In this document: positions 29,291 through 32,000 of the stretch, in pieces
Numbering within the stretch: the stretch's first letter is position 1
How the letters are laid out: the number at the start of each line of letters is the position of its first letter
Assembly (NCBI RefSeq): GCF_000253055.1
Contig: NC_016070.1
Span: 1,560,001 to 1,592,000, forward strand
Origin: Thermoproteus tenax Kra 1
Lineage (GTDB): Archaea > Thermoproteota > Thermoprotei > Thermoproteales > Thermoproteaceae
Length of the DNA stretch: 32,000 bases
Direction: 5' to 3'
Made by a program: the position numbers and the translations under genes
The notes under the pieces: generated by a model
Seen by the model: the letters and a program-made list of their open reading frames with translations, nothing else
The model's database searches: none
Told to the model about the DNA's origin: nothing

Positions 29291-30460
29291 ATGCCCAAAA
29301 AAATAGTGGTGCTTGGGGGCGGCGTCGGCGGCGTCGTCGCTGCCAAGCGGCTCGCCGAGAGATTGCGCGGGCGCGTCGATGTAGAGATCACGTTGATAAG
29401 CGACACGGACTACTATTTGCTCCCGCCGCTGTTGGTGAACATAGCACTCGGCGATATATCTCCGCAACAGGCTACGCTCCCTCTGTCAAGATTCGCTTAC
29501 AGAAACGTGAAGGTAGTAAAGGCTACGGTCAAAAAGGTTGATCCGGACAACCGAGCTGTTGAGACCGACCAGGGTAAGTTCCAGTACGACTACCTCATAG
29601 CCAGCCTGGGCACTGAGTTCGACTTCAGCTCATATAACTTGGCGGCAGGAAACCACAATTACACGATAGACGGCGCTCTAAAAATGAGGGAGGCCCTTAT
29701 AAACTTTAGAGGGGGCAGCGTCGTCATCTACACGCCCGAGCCCGTGTACAGATGCGGCGTGTACCCCTATGAGATAGCCGGCCAGTTGGACGCCATATTC
29801 AGAAAGAGGGGGATCAGAGACAAGGTTGACATCACGCTTATCCACCCGCTCCCGAAGCCTCTACAGATGTTGGGCCCTGAGGCCGTCAAGATAGTCGAGG
29901 AGCTCTACGCCGCCCAGGGCATTAAATATGTCGGCGGAATAACGCAACCAGGTCCCGTCGATGATAAGGCCAAGACCGTCACAGTGGGCAGCGAAAAGTT
30001 CAAGTACGACCTGCTGATAGTGGTGCCGCCCGCCCGTCTGCCGAAGCCGTTCCACGACACTCCGCTCGTCTCCAAGTTCCCGAACGGAGTATGGACTGCG
30101 ATCAACGTAATGACTGGAAGAAGCGTGAAGTACGACGACGTGTATCTACCGGGCGAACACTCAATGCCTGCCATAGGCCTGCCGGTTGCAGGCGTCCCCG
30201 TCCACTTCACAGCCATGGCGAGCGCGAACATGGTGGCTGGGGAGCTCTTGGGAGAGCCCGTCGATCCTGCGCAGATAAACTCGATGGTATGCGCAATGGA
30301 CATGGGCAACTTCGGTACAGTGTTCATCTGCGACGTAAAGATCGATTTGGCCAACAACAAGGCCGCGTGGATGGGCAACTGCTACAACATCCTTAAGTCG
30401 CCTGTAGGCAAGTTAATAAAGGACTTGTTCTACAAGACATGGTTGGCGACTACGATATGA
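29291..30460 (+). CDS. sqr: Sulfide:quinone oxidoreductase-type FAD protein
   Basis: KIVVLGGGVGGVVAAKRLAERL, DYYLLPPLLVNIALGDISP, VYRCGVYPYEIA, TAMASANMVAGEL; FAD/SQR fold. Confidence 0.88.
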   Translation: MPKKIVVLGGGVGGVVAAKRLAERLRGRVDVEITLISDTDYYLLPPLLVNIALGDISPQQATLPLSRFAYRNVKVVKATVKKVDPDNRAVETDQGKFQYDYLIASLGTEFDFSSYNLAAGNHNYTIDGALKMREALINFRGGSVVIYTPEPVYRCGVYPYEIAGQLDAIFRKRGIRDKVDITLIHPLPKPLQMLGPEAVKIVEELYAAQGIKYVGGITQPGPVDDKAKTVTVGSEKFKYDLLIVVPPARLPKPFHDTPLVSKFPNGVWTAINVMTGRSVKYDDVYLPGEHSMPAIGLPVAGVPVHFTAMASANMVAGELLGEPVDPAQINSMVCAMDMGNFGTVFICDVKIDLANNKAAWMGNCYNILKSPVGKLIKDLFYKTWLATTI

Positions 30461-30906
30461 GCGCGCAACAGAACGTCGATCAGAAGGTGGCAGAGTTGCT
30501 CAAGACGCTCGCAGAACACGCAGATGAGCTCCAGGCCCTTGTGGAGCAGCTGATCGAGCTCAAGAGGACTGGCGTACTTGACGCCTTGATGATCGTAGTC
30601 AATAGATTCGAAGAACTTATACACTACGTGTTCCAGGATCCCGCCATAATGAGGCTGGCGTCTCTGGGGGTCGATGGAACGCTGGGGGGTCTCTCAAAGC
30701 TTGAGACGCAAGATGTTATCAATATGAAGGCGTCGCTCCAAGAGCTTATAGTTCGGCTCGGGAAGGGCCTCACGCCTGATGCGTTGATCAATCCTAAGCC
30801 CGTCAAGGGAATCTGGGGCCTCTTGAGCGCCCTAAATGATCCAGACGTGCAGAGGGGATTGGGAGTCGCCTTCGCACTGTTGAAGGCCCTAGGGAAAACT
30901 CAGTAG
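30457..30906 (+). CDS. DUF1641 family protein, translationally coupled to sqr
   Basis: GVLDALMIVVNRFEELIHYVFQDPAIMRLAS...PVKGIWGLLSALNDPDVQRGLGVAFALLKALG; ATGA overlap with sqr stop. Confidence 0.85.
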   Translation: MSAQQNVDQKVAELLKTLAEHADELQALVEQLIELKRTGVLDALMIVVNRFEELIHYVFQDPAIMRLASLGVDGTLGGLSKLETQDVINMKASLQELIVRLGKGLTPDALINPKPVKGIWGLLSALNDPDVQRGLGVAFALLKALGKTQ

Positions 30907-30934
30907 TTTTTTCGTCCGACGTTTGACCGCGTAA

Positions 30935-30972
30935 ACGACTCCTCCTCACTCCAAGGGGCGAGGAGGAGTCGT
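30935..30972. repeat. 13-bp perfect inverted repeat, 12-nt loop
   Basis: ACGACTCCTCCTC-ACTCCAAGGGGC-GAGGAGGAGTCGT, 29 nt past the end of the sqr-DUF1641 pair. Confidence 0.85.
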
Positions 30973-31109
30973 CTCCTTCTCCCAGCGCCTATCTCGGCTG
31001 CGTCGATCGTCCCAGCCTCCCTCTCAACGCCATAGGAGCGCCTAGCGGCGGCGTCCGTGTTAAGGTCGTTTGGAATCCCACGAGTTGAGTTTGAATGAGG
31101 CCTTGTTAG

Positions 31110-31222
31110 AGCCCCGGCCGGGATTCGAACCCGGGACCTCCCGCTCTCTTGGTGCTATGGCTTACGAGGCTCACGCGGAGCTAAGCTCCTGGGCGCTCCG
31201 GACCGGGCTGAGCTACCGGGGC
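31110..31222 (-). tRNA. tRNA-Thr(CGT) with two putative introns (~20 nt at 29/30 and 17 nt at 37/38)
   Basis: GCCCCGG-TA-GCTC-AGCCCGGTCCG-GAGC-G-CCC[AGGAGCTTAGCTCCGCGTGA]GC-CTCGTA[AGCCATAGCACCAAGAG]A-GCGGG-AGGTC-CCGGG-TTCGAAT-CCCGG-CCGGGGC-T. All stems pair after removal (CCCGC/GCGGG). TTTTTAAG box upstream. Confidence 0.85.
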
Positions 31223-31462
31223 GGTGGAAAACATGGCAAGACCTTAAAAATTTTGTCTCTCCCGCCTCTGCGGCCAGCCAAGCGCCCCCTTCCGACAACG
31301 GGCTGAGTTGGCTTCAGCATAAATTTTTTATTTTAATAGAGCACAGATATACATATCTTAATCACTATAATCGTCGAGATATTTGTATTTTTTACAATTT
31401 TTCAGTCCTCTCTATTAATCTTTTACTATGATTGCTTTTTTATATCGTATGGATTTCAGCCA

Positions 31463-32000
31463 ATGTCCATTCCGCGTCTTATGTGTACACAACACCCCGA
31501 CTCAACGATCAAGGTATCGGTGGAGGAGGAAGTCGAGGAGGCAGTATCGGCGTATTCCATATACGGGTGCGATGAAGTTATGTCGGACTTTGAGGGCAAG
31601 GGAACTCCCTATATTCAGCCCAGAGATATTGTCGTAAGGGCCCTTAAGGCCGGCATCCCGCTTGGGGAGAGCTTCTTTATAACTCCGAGGATACCGAACC
31701 CCAGCCTCGAGGACTTCGAAAGGAGCGTGCTGGCTATGGAGGCCGCAGTTCTCGCAGACTTAAGGGCGCACAGAGAGGCGGGGGTTCACGCCGTGAGGTG
31801 GATTATACTGCCCATGTCGGAGAGCCCTGAGGACGTGAGATTTGCGGCCGAGCTCTTGCTCAAGAAGATCTCTGCGTATTCTGGCGGAGCCGACATACAG
31901 CTTGTGCCCCTTGTTGAGAACGCCGGCAAGCACTTGAGGATACTGGATTTCGTGAGAGTTATAATCGACGAATATCTCAGAAAGGGCATCTTTCTAGACA
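31463..32000 (+). CDS. ppcA: Archaeal-type phosphoenolpyruvate carboxylase (partial, runs off window)
   Basis: MSIPRLMCTQHPDSTIKVSVEEEVEEAVSAYSIYGCDEVMSDFEGKGTPYIQPRDIVVRALKAG..., matches the archaeal PpcA N-terminus. Confidence 0.93.
   Translation, partial: MSIPRLMCTQHPDSTIKVSVEEEVEEAVSAYSIYGCDEVMSDFEGKGTPYIQPRDIVVRALKAGIPLGESFFITPRIPNPSLEDFERSVLAMEAAVLADLRAHREAGVHAVRWIILPMSESPEDVRFAAELLLKKISAYSGGADIQLVPLVENAGKHLRILDFVRVIIDEYLRKGIFLD

Noticed and set aside
31070-31306. 78-aa ORF containing the string RPGFEPGTSR
   Set aside because: This is a translation across the tRNA-Thr(CGT) gene; the RPGFEPG motif is the well-known false peptide from tRNA T-arm sequence.

Overview
The window is ordinary chromosomal DNA of a crenarchaeon. 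From gene content, leaderless TATA-type promoters and intron-rich tRNAs I infer a Thermoproteales member (Thermoproteus/Pyrobaculum-like). No CRISPR array, intact transposon or phage block is visible. Supported genes: porB (partial), a P5C/aldehyde dehydrogenase, a wHTH plus membrane-protein pair, a secreted repeat protein, an XRE-cupin-methyltransferase-like fusion coupled to an EamA permease, aIF2-gamma, a coiled-coil protein, Hsp20, a COG4080-like protein, uridine phosphorylase, mevalonate kinase, the L10-L1-L11-Spt5-SecE / FtsY-prefoldin-LX-aIF6 translation/secretion block, a frameshifted NuoA-like gene, a second EamA permease, CTP synthase, S14-S8, DUF429, a serine recombinase, a PRTase, L32e-L19e-L18, Sqr-DUF1641, and PEP carboxylase (partial). 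Manual reading adds three intron-containing tRNAs that the ORF track does not show: tRNA-Pro(CGG), minus, 585-706, two introns including one in the T-stem, overlapping the 3' end of porB antisense; tRNA-Thr(GGT), plus, 5939-6030, one intron; and tRNA-Thr(CGT), minus, 31110-31222, two introns. The 0.6-3.8 kb stretch is a gene graveyard (thioredoxin-reductase, excisionase-type HTH and thyX remnants). Two TnpB-tail/IS200-IS605-end-like relics and a 50-nt diverged repeat pair lie elsewhere. I do not see a convincing new defence or mobile system. The most promising leads are the XRE-cupin-MTase fusion, the T-stem tRNA intron, and a candidate structured RNA near 6.5-6.8 kb.
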